Positions 6,083-14,370 are shown, counted from the first letter of the stretch. The stretch is DNA of 14,503 nucleotides from Thermoplasmatales archaeon SW_10_69_26 (GCA_003009755.1 PXUB01000021.1:1-14503), one strand, 5' to 3'. Notes: a model not told the origin generated them from the letters alone. Translations and numbers: made by a program.

Positions 6083-9046
6083 TCACTCGAGCTCGCGCAA
6101 CGCCTGCTGGTCGAGCCCGCGCACCGCGCGCACGCCGACCACCGCCGACACGAGAACCGTCGCCGCCAACACCCCGACGACCACGAGCCCGGTCCGCACC
6201 AGCAACGCGCCCCCTTCGATCGGGAGCAGGGGGAAGGCCAGGCCCTCGAGCTGGTCGAGCTGCAACGCGACCGGCACCAAGGCCAACCCGGCGAGGGCGC
6301 CGACGAGGAACGGCATCGCGGTCTCGATGGCGATCCCGGCGGCCAGGTCCCGCGTCGAGGCGCCTTGGGCCACGAGCACGGCATCCGATGTCCGGCGCTC
6401 GGCGCGGGCTCGGACCCCCATCAACACGACGAGCAACAGCGCCGTGACCAGGCCCAGGCTCGCCATCGCCGAAAGGGTCGCGCCGGCGCGCTGTTGACCG
6501 GCCAGTTCCTCGTCGACGAGCGCCTGCGCCGTCGTGGAGCGCAGGCCGGCGTCCTTGTAGACCGCCTGCAACCCCTCGGCGAAGGCCTCCCGGTCGGTGC
6601 CGTCGTCGAGGATGAACCGCTGCTCGCCGGCGATCTGCGCGAACTGGGCCGGCACGGCCTCCTGGGAGAGGTACACCCCCTCGAGCACGCGCGTGTCGAC
6701 GATGCCGACGACGTCGTAGGGCAACCGGCCCTGGGTGCCTTGCACGAAGATCCGCTCCTGGTCGAGGGCCTCCCAGACGTCGCGGGACACGACGGCGGCC
6801 GAATCGTCCTCGGCCACCCGCCGGAACGGATCCTCGACTCCGCCGACGGGTTCGACCTGGTGCTCGTGGCGCTGGGCGAAGGAGCGATCGATCCCGTAGA
6901 TCCGGTCGGGATCGCCGTTGTCGGCCGAGTGCAACCCGGTGCCCTCCACCCGCATGAGGAACTCGGTGCCCAGCGAGGTGCTCGCCAGCTCGTTGCCCCG
7001 CTGGGCGAGGGGCCCATCCTCGGGGGCCAGCCCCTCCAGCGTCGTCACGTGCGTGGAGGTCTGGCTGAGCACCGGGTACCCGCCGGACTCGAGCTCGGGA
7101 TCGGGGCTGGCCGCCTGGGAGAGGGCCGTGCCGGCCAGCAGACCGGCGAGCACGAGCGCGGCCGTGGCCGCGGCCAACCCCAACTGGGGATGCGTCGAGC
7201 GCGTGCGGTACCAGCCAAGGTTGGCGACGCTGAGCTGGGACACGCGGTCGAGCACGGCGTCGACGAGCGGCGCCCAGATCACGGCCAACCCGGCCGCGCA
7301 TCCGGCCAGCGCGGCCAGCAGGTAGGTGCGCGCCGGATCCATCGTGGCCAGCCAAGCCGCGCCCGCCAGGACCCCGGCCAGGCCCGCCCAGCCGCCGGCC
7401 GCCAGCCAGCGGCGGGACCGCCGCGGCGGGCGGTCGCCCACGCGGGGATCTTGGCCCTCGAGGGCGCCCCGCAACCGCAGCCCGACCGCGGCCGAGACCG
7501 GGGCCGACGCGAGCAACGGGACCAGCAGGGCTGGCAGGCCGGGGAGGGCGGCCGGCGCCGAGGACAGGCCCAGCCCGGAGGCGACGAAGGCTCCGACCAG
7601 GGGCGCCGAGGCGACGGCACCGCCTGCGCCGACCACGAACGGCGGCCCCAGGTGCGCCGCCACGAGCCCCAGGCTCCGCAGGCGCGATTGGCCCAGCGCG
7701 GCCATGACACGGATCTCGGAGGCCAGCCGTCGGGTGTGCAACCCGGCCGCCCACGTCGCCAAGAGCACGCCCGCGGCGACGCCGGCCGGCAGCACCACGA
7801 ACAGCAAGCGCGAGGTGCTGTCCAGCAGCGTCCGGCGCTGCTCGCGGCGGTCGTCGGCGTCGGTAGCCAGCTCGATCCCCGACAGCGGATCCACGCTGGG
7901 GGCCTGCTCGCGCACGCCCGCCAGCTCGCTCGTCAGCTGCTGGCGACGATCGCGGTCGAGCCCGTCGAGCACGTCCTCGCCCGGGCCCGCCATCACGTAG
8001 AGGCCGTCGGCGCGGTCGCCGGTGCCGGCCAGCGTCTGCAGGTCCTCGAGCGTGAGGACGAGCAGGCCCGAGGACCCCGGTCCCAGCACGTCCAGGTCGG
8101 TCGGTTGCACGCTCAGCGTCGTCTGGGCTTGGTCGGTGACGCCCAACTGGGCGCCGATCGCGGCGAAGCCCTCGCCCTCGAGCAGTCGCCCGAGCGTCTG
8201 GGCATCTCGGGCGTCGAAGACCTCCGCGATCTCCAACCGGAAAGCCACCTCGCGAGCGAACTTGGCGTGCACCTCGACGGTCCAGTTGCCGGCGGCCGGA
8301 TCCTCGACCTGGATGCGCGGCATCACCGGCTCGGCGGCGGTCCCCTCGTCGTCGAGGTAGGTCTCGCCGGTCGGGCTGGTGGCCTCGAGATCGAAGTCGG
8401 TGCCGTTGTCGGCCGTCGACAGGGCAAGGTCCAGACCGATGGCGCCCTCGCGGACGGGGACATCGAAGCGGTACTCGTCGCCCTCGGCGTGCTGGTAGTC
8501 GTCCCCGACGCGGGTGGTCTGCTCGAGCTGGCCGCCGCGCGAGGACGTGAGCGTGACGTTGTCTTGCGGGGCTTGGGGGACGCGGATCTGGGCCTCGTCG
8601 GCCGGCAGGGTGGGGCCGCCGCTGGCCGCCAGCGCCTGCCCCGAGCCGGGCACCGGGAGACCCAGCGCCTGCAGCGAGGCCTCGGGCAGGCCGAGGACGC
8701 GCCAATCGGCGCTGGAGCCGGTGTCGGTGGTCACGATCGCGTCGCGTTCCAGGAACACCGGCAACCGTCGCGCCGGGTCCTCGACGTCCGTCGTGTCCGC
8801 CAGGCGGGTCTGCACCTCGTCCAGGGCCCCCTCGGCCAGGCTGTAGCCGCCAGGCGTGCGCACCGTCGCCATCCGATCGCCCAGCGCCGCTCGATCGCGG
8901 GCCTGCTCGGCTTCGCGAGCGCCGTCGAGCGCCAGCTGGGTGCCGCTGGCCAGCACGGTGGCGAACAGGACGCCCAACGCCAGCAGCAGCGGTCCGGCGG
9001 GACGCTTCGTCCAGACGCGCAGCGCCGAGCGGAGAAGCGGCCTCAT
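6083..9046 (-). CDS. ABC transporter permease, FtsX/MacB (type VII) family, tandem double module (987 aa), with PPC-like insert
   Basis: N-terminal TM, large extracytoplasmic domain, FtsX-type RRLASEIRVMAALGQSR, TM bundle, second extracytoplasmic domain (IYGID, YDVVGIV), second FtsX-type ERRTSDAVLVAQGAS. ATGA overlap with the upstream ATPase. Confidence 0.9.
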   Translation of the reverse strand: MRPLLRSALRVWTKRPAGPLLLALGVLFATVLASGTQLALDGAREAEQARDRAALGDRMATVRTPGGYSLAEGALDEVQTRLADTTDVEDPARRLPVFLERDAIVTTDTGSSADWRVLGLPEASLQALGLPVPGSGQALAASGGPTLPADEAQIRVPQAPQDNVTLTSSRGGQLEQTTRVGDDYQHAEGDEYRFDVPVREGAIGLDLALSTADNGTDFDLEATSPTGETYLDDEGTAAEPVMPRIQVEDPAAGNWTVEVHAKFAREVAFRLEIAEVFDARDAQTLGRLLEGEGFAAIGAQLGVTDQAQTTLSVQPTDLDVLGPGSSGLLVLTLEDLQTLAGTGDRADGLYVMAGPGEDVLDGLDRDRRQQLTSELAGVREQAPSVDPLSGIELATDADDRREQRRTLLDSTSRLLFVVLPAGVAAGVLLATWAAGLHTRRLASEIRVMAALGQSRLRSLGLVAAHLGPPFVVGAGGAVASAPLVGAFVASGLGLSSAPAALPGLPALLVPLLASAPVSAAVGLRLRGALEGQDPRVGDRPPRRSRRWLAAGGWAGLAGVLAGAAWLATMDPARTYLLAALAGCAAGLAVIWAPLVDAVLDRVSQLSVANLGWYRTRSTHPQLGLAAATAALVLAGLLAGTALSQAASPDPELESGGYPVLSQTSTHVTTLEGLAPEDGPLAQRGNELASTSLGTEFLMRVEGTGLHSADNGDPDRIYGIDRSFAQRHEHQVEPVGGVEDPFRRVAEDDSAAVVSRDVWEALDQERIFVQGTQGRLPYDVVGIVDTRVLEGVYLSQEAVPAQFAQIAGEQRFILDDGTDREAFAEGLQAVYKDAGLRSTTAQALVDEELAGQQRAGATLSAMASLGLVTALLLVVLMGVRARAERRTSDAVLVAQGASTRDLAAGIAIETAMPFLVGALAGLALVPVALQLDQLEGLAFPLLPIEGGALLVRTGLVVVGVLAATVLVSAVVGVRAVRGLDQQALRELE

Positions 9047-9759
9047 GCCTGTCCCTCGTGCAACCGGCCCTGCTGGAGCCGGTGGGTGCGAGAGGCGACC
9101 TCGGCCACGACCGGATCGTGCGTGACGACGAGCGCGGCCGCCTGTCCGTCCTTGATCGAGGCGCGGAAGACGTCGGCCACGAGCTCGGCCGTCTCGCGGT
9201 CGAGGTTGGCGGTCGGCTCGTCGGCCAACACGAGGTGGGGGTCCTTGGCGAAGGCGCGGGCCACGCTGGCTCGCTGGGCTTCGCCGCCGGATACCTCGCC
9301 CGGGAACCGATCCTCGAGCCCGGCCAGATCGACGTCGGCCAGGGCTCGGCTGGCCCGGTCACGGGAGGCCGCCGGCTCGATCCCGCGGATGCGTGCGCCC
9401 AGCGCCACGTTCTCGAGCAGCGTCAGCTCCGGCACGAGCGCCGGCTTCTGGAACACGAACCCGACCTCGTCGGCGCGCAGCGCCAGCCGCTCGTCGGTCG
9501 AGAGCGCGCCCAGCTCGTCGCCGAGCAGGTGGACGGTGCCCTCGTCGGTCCGATCGAGCCCGCTGACGACGTTCAAAAGCGTGGTCTTGCCGCTCCCGGA
9601 GCGGCCCTCGATCGCGACGAGCTCGCCCTCCCGAACGGTCAAGGAGGTCCCGTCCAGGGCGAGGCTGGCGTCCTCGCCCTCGCCGTAGACGCGGCGCAGC
9701 TGGGCGGCTCGGAGCAGGGCTTCGTCCTCGCCCGTGGCCTGGGCGGCGTCCGCCGGCAT
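9043..9759 (-). CDS. ABC transporter ATP-binding protein, LolD/MacB-like (238 aa)
   Basis: Walker A GRSGSGKT, Q-loop GFVFQ, signature VSGGEAQR, Walker B/D-loop LVLADEPTANLD, H-loop VTHD. Only the C-terminal part of ORF 9043..12936 is real; start ATG 9759. Confidence 0.95.
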   Translation of the reverse strand: MPADAAQATGEDEALLRAAQLRRVYGEGEDASLALDGTSLTVREGELVAIEGRSGSGKTTLLNVVSGLDRTDEGTVHLLGDELGALSTDERLALRADEVGFVFQKPALVPELTLLENVALGARIRGIEPAASRDRASRALADVDLAGLEDRFPGEVSGGEAQRASVARAFAKDPHLVLADEPTANLDRETAELVADVFRASIKDGQAAALVVTHDPVVAEVASRTHRLQQGRLHEGQA

Positions 9760-9788
9760 GGAGGAGCTCAAGAGCCCGTGCCGGCCAA

Positions 9789-9800
9789 GATAAGGGTTGC
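9789..9800 (-). promoter_or_regulatory. Putative BRE/TATA promoter of the ABC operon (GCAACCCTTATC)
   Basis: CTTATC box 30-35 nt upstream of ATG 9759, preceded by a GCAA BRE-like element. Confidence 0.55.
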
Positions 9801-9818
9801 GGAGACGGCCTCGCCCAG

Positions 9819-10130
9819 TCACCTCGTCTCGGCCCGGATCCAGTCCGCGTAGGCCTCGTTGGCGTCCTCGCCGTTCAAGGGCACGATGCAGGGCACGTCG
9901 TAGGGGTGTTCGTCCTCGAGCCGGGCGACGAGGTCGTCGACGTGCTCGGGCCTGGTTTTGAACAGGGCCAGCGTCTCCTCGTCGGCCACGATCTCGTCCT
10001 CCCAGCGGTACTGCGTGCCGGCCTCCCAGCAGGTGAAGCAGGCGGCCAGGCGCTCCTCGAGCAGGGCCGGCGCGATCGCCTCGAGGCTGTCGCGGTCGGG
10101 GAACGTCGCGTAGACGAGCTGGACGGACAT
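9819..10130 (-). CDS. cutA: Divalent-cation tolerance protein CutA (103 aa)
   Basis: VYATFPD, LLEERLAAC, YRWEDEI, LFKT, HPYDVPCI, ANEAYADWI are CutA1 hallmarks. Confidence 0.96.
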   Translation of the reverse strand: MSVQLVYATFPDRDSLEAIAPALLEERLAACFTCWEAGTQYRWEDEIVADEETLALFKTRPEHVDDLVARLEDEHPYDVPCIVPLNGEDANEAYADWIRAETR

Positions 10131-10192
10131 GGGCCCCCAGGCGGGCGCTTCGACTTGGGTCCCCCGGCCAGCCTTGGGGATGGGCCGTCAAC

Positions 10193-10204
10193 GAAACGCC
10201 TATG
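10193..10204 (+). promoter_or_regulatory. Putative BRE/TATA promoter of the site-2 protease gene (GAAACGCCTATG)
   Basis: Same motif class as 6058-6069; about 27-32 nt upstream of ATG 10231. Confidence 0.45.
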
Positions 10205-10230
10205 CCGGGGCCGAGGTTTGGCTCGGCGTC

Positions 10231-11670
10231 ATGGTCTCCCTGTTGGCGGTGTTCGCCGTCCTCACCGCGGGGTACATCGCCGCGCTCGTCTGGGTCTCCA
10301 AGACCGAGCCCGATCGCTTCCAGGTCGTGGGCCCGCTGTTGCTCGTCCGCACCCACGCCGGCAAGAGCCTCATCGACCGCATCTCGAAGCGGCAGTGGCT
10401 CGGCAAGGCCGCGGACCTGTTCATCGTGTTGACAGTGGTTTCCGGGTTGGCGATGGTCGTCCTCGTCGCCTGGCAGAACACGCTGTTGTTCACGCACACC
10501 GAGCAGGTCGCCCAGAACCCGCCCCAGGTCGAGCAGACGCTGGCCATCCCGGGCGTGAATCCGGCGATCCCGGTCGGCTACGGCCTGTTCGCGCTCGTCG
10601 TTGCGCTCGTCATCCACGAGGGCGGCCACGGCGTGATGGCCCGCTACGCCGACCTCAAGGTCAAATCGCTGGGCCTGCTGTTCCTCGTCCTCCCGGTGGG
10701 CGCCTTCGTGGAACCCGACGAGGCCGAGCTGCAGGGCGCCTCGCTGGGCGACAAGCTGCGCATGTTCGCCAGCGGGCCAGGCCCGAACATGGTGTTGGGT
10801 GCGATCACCGTGCTCATGTTCAGCCAGCTGATGATCCCGATGCTGGCGCCGGCGCACAGCGGCGTCGGCCTCATGGGTGTCAGCGAGGACCTGCCGGCGG
10901 CGAACCCGCCCGAGGGCGCGCCGCTGCCAGAGGGAGGCTTCGTGACGCATCTCGACGGGCAGCGCGTGGCGACGACCGACGAGTTCCAGACCGTGCTGAA
11001 CAACACCCGGGCCGGGGAGAACCTCACCGTCACCGTGTGGCACGAAGGTGACGTCACCAACCACACGATCGTCCCGATCGACAAGTACGAGTACTTCGAG
11101 CGGAACTTCCCCGAGCAGAACAAGGAGTGGTACAAGGGGAAGGCCTTCCTGGGCGTCAACCCCGCCGGCCCCGACCGGCTGGACGGGATCATGGACCAGC
11201 TCGAGAGCCCGTTCGAGGAGATGGGCGCTCGCGGTGGTCTGTTCTACCTGGCGCTCCCGTTCGTCAACCTCCAACCGTTCCCGACCTCGTTCCACGACCT
11301 CTACGATCCCGGCGGGTTCGCCGCCGGGTTCGAGACGAGCTTCTGGATCGCCGCCAACGCCCTGTTCTGGCTGTTCTGGATCAACGTCGTCCTCGGCACG
11401 TTCAACGCCTTGCCCTTGGGGCCGCTGGACGGCGGCCACATGTTCCGGCACACCGCCCACTGGTGGTTCCGCCGCGGTGAAGACATCGAGGAGGGCGACC
11501 TGCGCGTCTTCGACAGCGAGGAGGGCGGGCCCTCCTTCGTCGGACGCACGCCCGAGATCCAAGACAAGCTCGATCGCGTCGACCGCAAGGTCAGCCTCGT
11601 CAACCGCACCGTCGGCATCGGCTTGCTGGTGCTCGTCGTCGCACCGTTGATCGTGCCACAGTTCCTGTAG
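10231..11670 (+). CDS. Site-2 protease (peptidase M50) with PDZ-like domain (about 479 aa)
   Basis: HEGGH zinc motif, GAFVEPD, ASGPGPN, PDZ-like segment (VSEDLPA...FVTHLDGQRV), NALPLGPLDGGH. Start placed at ATG 10231 from promoter spacing; ATG 10180 is an alternative. Confidence 0.94.
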   Translation: MVSLLAVFAVLTAGYIAALVWVSKTEPDRFQVVGPLLLVRTHAGKSLIDRISKRQWLGKAADLFIVLTVVSGLAMVVLVAWQNTLLFTHTEQVAQNPPQVEQTLAIPGVNPAIPVGYGLFALVVALVIHEGGHGVMARYADLKVKSLGLLFLVLPVGAFVEPDEAELQGASLGDKLRMFASGPGPNMVLGAITVLMFSQLMIPMLAPAHSGVGLMGVSEDLPAANPPEGAPLPEGGFVTHLDGQRVATTDEFQTVLNNTRAGENLTVTVWHEGDVTNHTIVPIDKYEYFERNFPEQNKEWYKGKAFLGVNPAGPDRLDGIMDQLESPFEEMGARGGLFYLALPFVNLQPFPTSFHDLYDPGGFAAGFETSFWIAANALFWLFWINVVLGTFNALPLGPLDGGHMFRHTAHWWFRRGEDIEEGDLRVFDSEEGGPSFVGRTPEIQDKLDRVDRKVSLVNRTVGIGLLVLVVAPLIVPQFL

Positions 11671-11691
11671 AGGGCCGGACGCTTGCGGGCC

Positions 11692-11709
11692 CGAAAGGTC
11701 AACTTGAAG
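11692..11709 (+). promoter_or_regulatory. Putative promoter of the DUF63 gene (CGAAAGGTCAACTTGAAG)
   Basis: A-rich BRE-like element and TTGAA box about 26-30 nt upstream of ATG 11734. Confidence 0.4.
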
Positions 11710-11733
11710 GCCCCCGGCGTGCTGACTCGACCG

Positions 11734-13149
11734 ATGCCCGAGCCCGAGGGCTCCGAGAACGGGGACGCAAGCGGCGCGCCCGACCCGGTCGCGGACCTCG
11801 AAGGACTCACGCGCCCGATTCGGTCGTTCCACGCCGACCACCCGGTGTACTTCTGGATGAGCCTGCTGGCGTCCCTGGCCGCCGTCCTCGTCGCGGGCGC
11901 CTGGCTGTGGCCCGAACAGGTCGTCGACCAGTTCCTCTGGAAGCACTTCTGGGGCCCCACGGAGACCGACGCCCGCCAGGTCGCCTCCGCCACCCGCAAC
12001 GGCGTGCAGGCCACGACCAGCTATACGCTGCTCTCCGAGCTCGTGTACGGCGTCATCCTCGCCGGCGCGCTCGTCTCGATCTACCAGCACCTGTTCAAGA
12101 AGCGCGGCATCCGCGTCGACGCGACGTTCATCGCCTCCCTGCTCCCCTACGTCTTCTTCGGCCCGCTGGCGCGCGCCATGGAGGACGCCAGCGTCTTCTG
12201 CACCGACGCGACGCTGTCGGCCTGCGATCCCGGCGTGTTCGCCTACCTCTTCATCAGCCCGATCATCTACATGGTGACGGCCGCCGCGGTCATCACCCAT
12301 CTGTTGCTGGCGCACGCCTCCCGCGATCTCGGGCGCTCCCGCCAGACGCAGGTCGTGGGTGCCTGGCTGGGCGTGCAAGCCGCCGCGTACGCGTTCGTGT
12401 ACTACGCGATGCGGGACCAGTTCGTCATCATGCTGAGCCCGTGGACCGTGCTCGGGCTCGGGGCCGCCGGCCTGGGCCTGTACCTGCTCGTGCGGTCCCG
12501 CGGCGGCTCGCACCTGCACTCGGCGCTGGCCGGCTGGGGTGTGCCGATGACGGGCATCCCGATCGTGCTCGTCGGCGAGTGGATCCGGTCGGGCCAGGAG
12601 CTGGCCGCCGAGGGCGCGAGCCGCGTGGGCTGGTTGGTCTTCGAGAACCAGGGTCAAGCGATGCGGGTGCTGGACAAGGCCACCCCGGAGATCTTGCTCA
12701 CCACCGCGCTGCTGACGGTGGCCGTGCTCGTGCTCGTCGCGGGCATCGCCTACCTGCTCGAGGGCCGCTTCAAGGAAGCCGGCTACTTCCTGGTCCCGCT
12801 GAACCTGGGCCTGATCGCCGCCCACATGGTCGACGCCTGGGCCACGTTCGCCGCGATCTGCTCGCGCGCCGCCGGCACCGTGTGCTCGGGCGCGGCGTTC
12901 CTCGGCCTCGACATCCCACCCTACAGCGAGAAGCACCCCGTCAGCGAGGTGTTCTTGGGCTTCCTCGACGGCTGGGGCTTCCCGATGATGAAGCTTTTGC
13001 TCGTGGTCGCGATCGTGATCCTCGTCGACCGCGCCCAGTACGAGGACGAGGAAGACCCCGATCTGATTGGCCTCGTCAAGCTCGCCGTCCTCGTGCTCGG
13101 CCTTGGGCCCGGCCTCCGCAACGCCGTGCGCGTCGCGATGGGGCTTTGA
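11734..13149 (+). CDS. DUF63 family archaeal polytopic membrane protein (471 aa)
   Basis: FLWKHFWGP, LLPYVFFGPLARAMED, FISPIIY, HMVDAWATF, YSEKHP, LGLGPGLRN are DUF63-type motifs; many TM helices. Confidence 0.88.
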   Translation: MPEPEGSENGDASGAPDPVADLEGLTRPIRSFHADHPVYFWMSLLASLAAVLVAGAWLWPEQVVDQFLWKHFWGPTETDARQVASATRNGVQATTSYTLLSELVYGVILAGALVSIYQHLFKKRGIRVDATFIASLLPYVFFGPLARAMEDASVFCTDATLSACDPGVFAYLFISPIIYMVTAAAVITHLLLAHASRDLGRSRQTQVVGAWLGVQAAAYAFVYYAMRDQFVIMLSPWTVLGLGAAGLGLYLLVRSRGGSHLHSALAGWGVPMTGIPIVLVGEWIRSGQELAAEGASRVGWLVFENQGQAMRVLDKATPEILLTTALLTVAVLVLVAGIAYLLEGRFKEAGYFLVPLNLGLIAAHMVDAWATFAAICSRAAGTVCSGAAFLGLDIPPYSEKHPVSEVFLGFLDGWGFPMMKLLLVVAIVILVDRAQYEDEEDPDLIGLVKLAVLVLGLGPGLRNAVRVAMGL

Positions 13150-13160
13150 ACGGGTACGTC

Positions 13161-13225
13161 GAGGAGCGGAGGACAGAGGACAGGCGGAGCAGAGGAGGCC
13201 GCCTAGCGAGGGCAGGAGAGGAGAG
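13161..13225. repeat. Purine-rich low-complexity tract (GGA/CAGAGGA units) between convergent genes; possible terminator region for the minus-strand gene
   Basis: gaggagcggaggacagaggacaggcggagcagaggagg...gcaggagaggagag contains almost no T on + and is pyrimidine-rich on -. Confidence 0.4.
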
Positions 13226-13227
13226 CT

Positions 13228-14130
13228 TCAGCTCCGGCCCCGCAGGCCGGCGGCGCAGCCGATCAAGGCGACCACGACCAACGGCGCCAGGCTCGGGAGG
13301 TAGAACCCGCTGACCTTCGTCAGCGCCGAGACCTGCGCGCTTTCCCCTTCGATCGAGGGGTCGGCCGCGTACGCGGAGTGGATCTCGAGCGCCATCGACG
13401 CCGTCTCGCTCACGTACCCGTTGTGGAAGGGCGTGAACACGGTGAAGTTCACCGTCTCCGATGTTCTCGTGCCGCCCGTCGCCTCGCTCTCGAGCACGAT
13501 CTTGGACGGCAGGACAGGCTGGAACCCGCTGGCGGGCGGGGAAGCCAGCTCGAACGTGAACTCGGTCATGCCGTTGCTGTGGTTCTCGATCACGATCGGG
13601 AACGTGACGCCCTCGTCGGGGCCCGCCTCGACGATCTTGGTTTCCATCCGGGCGTTGTAGAGGTTGAAGTACCCCGGCGTGAGGGTCACGTTCGCCCCGA
13701 CCGGCCCCAGCTCGGTCGTCGTCCCGTTGGTGTGGTTCTTCTGCACGTGGACGTCGTAGGCCACCCCCGTAGGCTGGAACGCAGGCGTATCCGTGGTCAC
13801 GTCGATCTCGACGGGCACGCCGACCTCGAGCGTGTCGTTCCGGTCGTGGCAGACCTGCGTGGAGCTGTTCTCGACGTGGGCCGTCGCCGGGTCGACGAAC
13901 GGCTCCGAGGCCACCGGTACCGCCTGGCTCCACACGGTGGCCCGCTCGTCCTCCTGGCAGGGGATCCGCACGTCCAGCACGGCCCTCCCTGGGTCGCCGG
14001 CCGGCTGGACAGGTTCCGCGATCTCCGGGCTGGAGACCCCGAGGCGGCGCGGCGCATGATCGCCCAGGGTCGGCGCGCTCATCGCAAGCAGCGCCACCGC
14101 TAGCACCACCGGGCTCCATCGCATGCGCAT
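13228..14130 (-). CDS. Cell-surface protein (300 aa) with signal peptide, beta-rich/Ig-like domains and PGF-CTERM-like C-terminal anchor; possibly choice-of-anchor T-like
   Basis: MRMRWSPVVLAVALLAMSAPTLG signal; FPIVIENHSNGMTEFTFE Ig-like strand; tail FYLPSLAPLVVVALIGCAAGLRGRS (short motif, TM, basic end). Start ATG 14130 or 14124 from the promoter at 14155-14167. Confidence 0.8.
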   Translation of the reverse strand: MRMRWSPVVLAVALLAMSAPTLGDHAPRRLGVSSPEIAEPVQPAGDPGRAVLDVRIPCQEDERATVWSQAVPVASEPFVDPATAHVENSSTQVCHDRNDTLEVGVPVEIDVTTDTPAFQPTGVAYDVHVQKNHTNGTTTELGPVGANVTLTPGYFNLYNARMETKIVEAGPDEGVTFPIVIENHSNGMTEFTFELASPPASGFQPVLPSKIVLESEATGGTRTSETVNFTVFTPFHNGYVSETASMALEIHSAYAADPSIEGESAQVSALTKVSGFYLPSLAPLVVVALIGCAAGLRGRS

Positions 14131-14154
14131 GCGTCCCGCCACGGCTCGGGGGCG

Positions 14155-14167
14155 CATAAGTCCTTGC
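14155..14167 (-). promoter_or_regulatory. Putative BRE/TATA promoter (GCAAGGACTTATG)
   Basis: CTTATG box 25-30 nt upstream of ATG 14130. The ORF-track start at 14157 lies inside this box. Confidence 0.55.
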
Positions 14168-14272
14168 GGATGAACCCTTTGAGCGTGTCGGGCGGAAGCG
14201 AACGTGCACGGTCGTGGTTGGCATCTCTTTGCTGTCTCGACCGCCTCCGCTGGCCGGGTCGCTCCTGTTGAA

Positions 14273-14310
14273 CTGTCCTCTGCTTGTCTCTGCTTTTCTG
14301 CTTCTCTGCG
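14273..14310 (+). repeat. Imperfect tandem pyrimidine-rich repeat (TCTGCTT x3 plus TCTGCG)
   Basis: ctgtcctctgcttgtctctgcttttctgcttctctgcg, in the intergenic region between divergent promoters. Confidence 0.5.
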
Positions 14311-14353
14311 TGTTCCCTCCCCACCGGCGGTTGTCTCGTTTCATGCGGGTCAC

Positions 14354-14370
14354 CGAACGGCTTGATAAGG
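14354..14370 (+). promoter_or_regulatory. Putative BRE/TATA promoter (CGAACGGCTTGATAAGG)
   Basis: AT-rich box upstream of an SD-like GGTGGTGAT and GTG starts at 14388-14406. Confidence 0.45.

Noticed and set aside
4377-9362. 1661-aa minus-strand ORF
   Set aside because: Arg/Gly/Pro-rich alternative-frame shadow of the ATPase, permease and hydrolase; stops are rare at this GC content.
5054-9688. 1544-aa plus-strand ORF
   Set aside because: Antisense shadow of real minus-strand genes; no recognisable motifs.
9760-12936. Apparent giant N-terminal extension of the ABC ATPase (1297-aa ORF)
   Set aside because: Antisense to the site-2 protease and DUF63 and out of frame over cutA; the ATPase has its own ATG (9759) and promoter motif.
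14273-14310. CRISPR-like repeat
   Set aside because: Units are only about 7 nt with no unique spacers, and there are no cas genes in the window.
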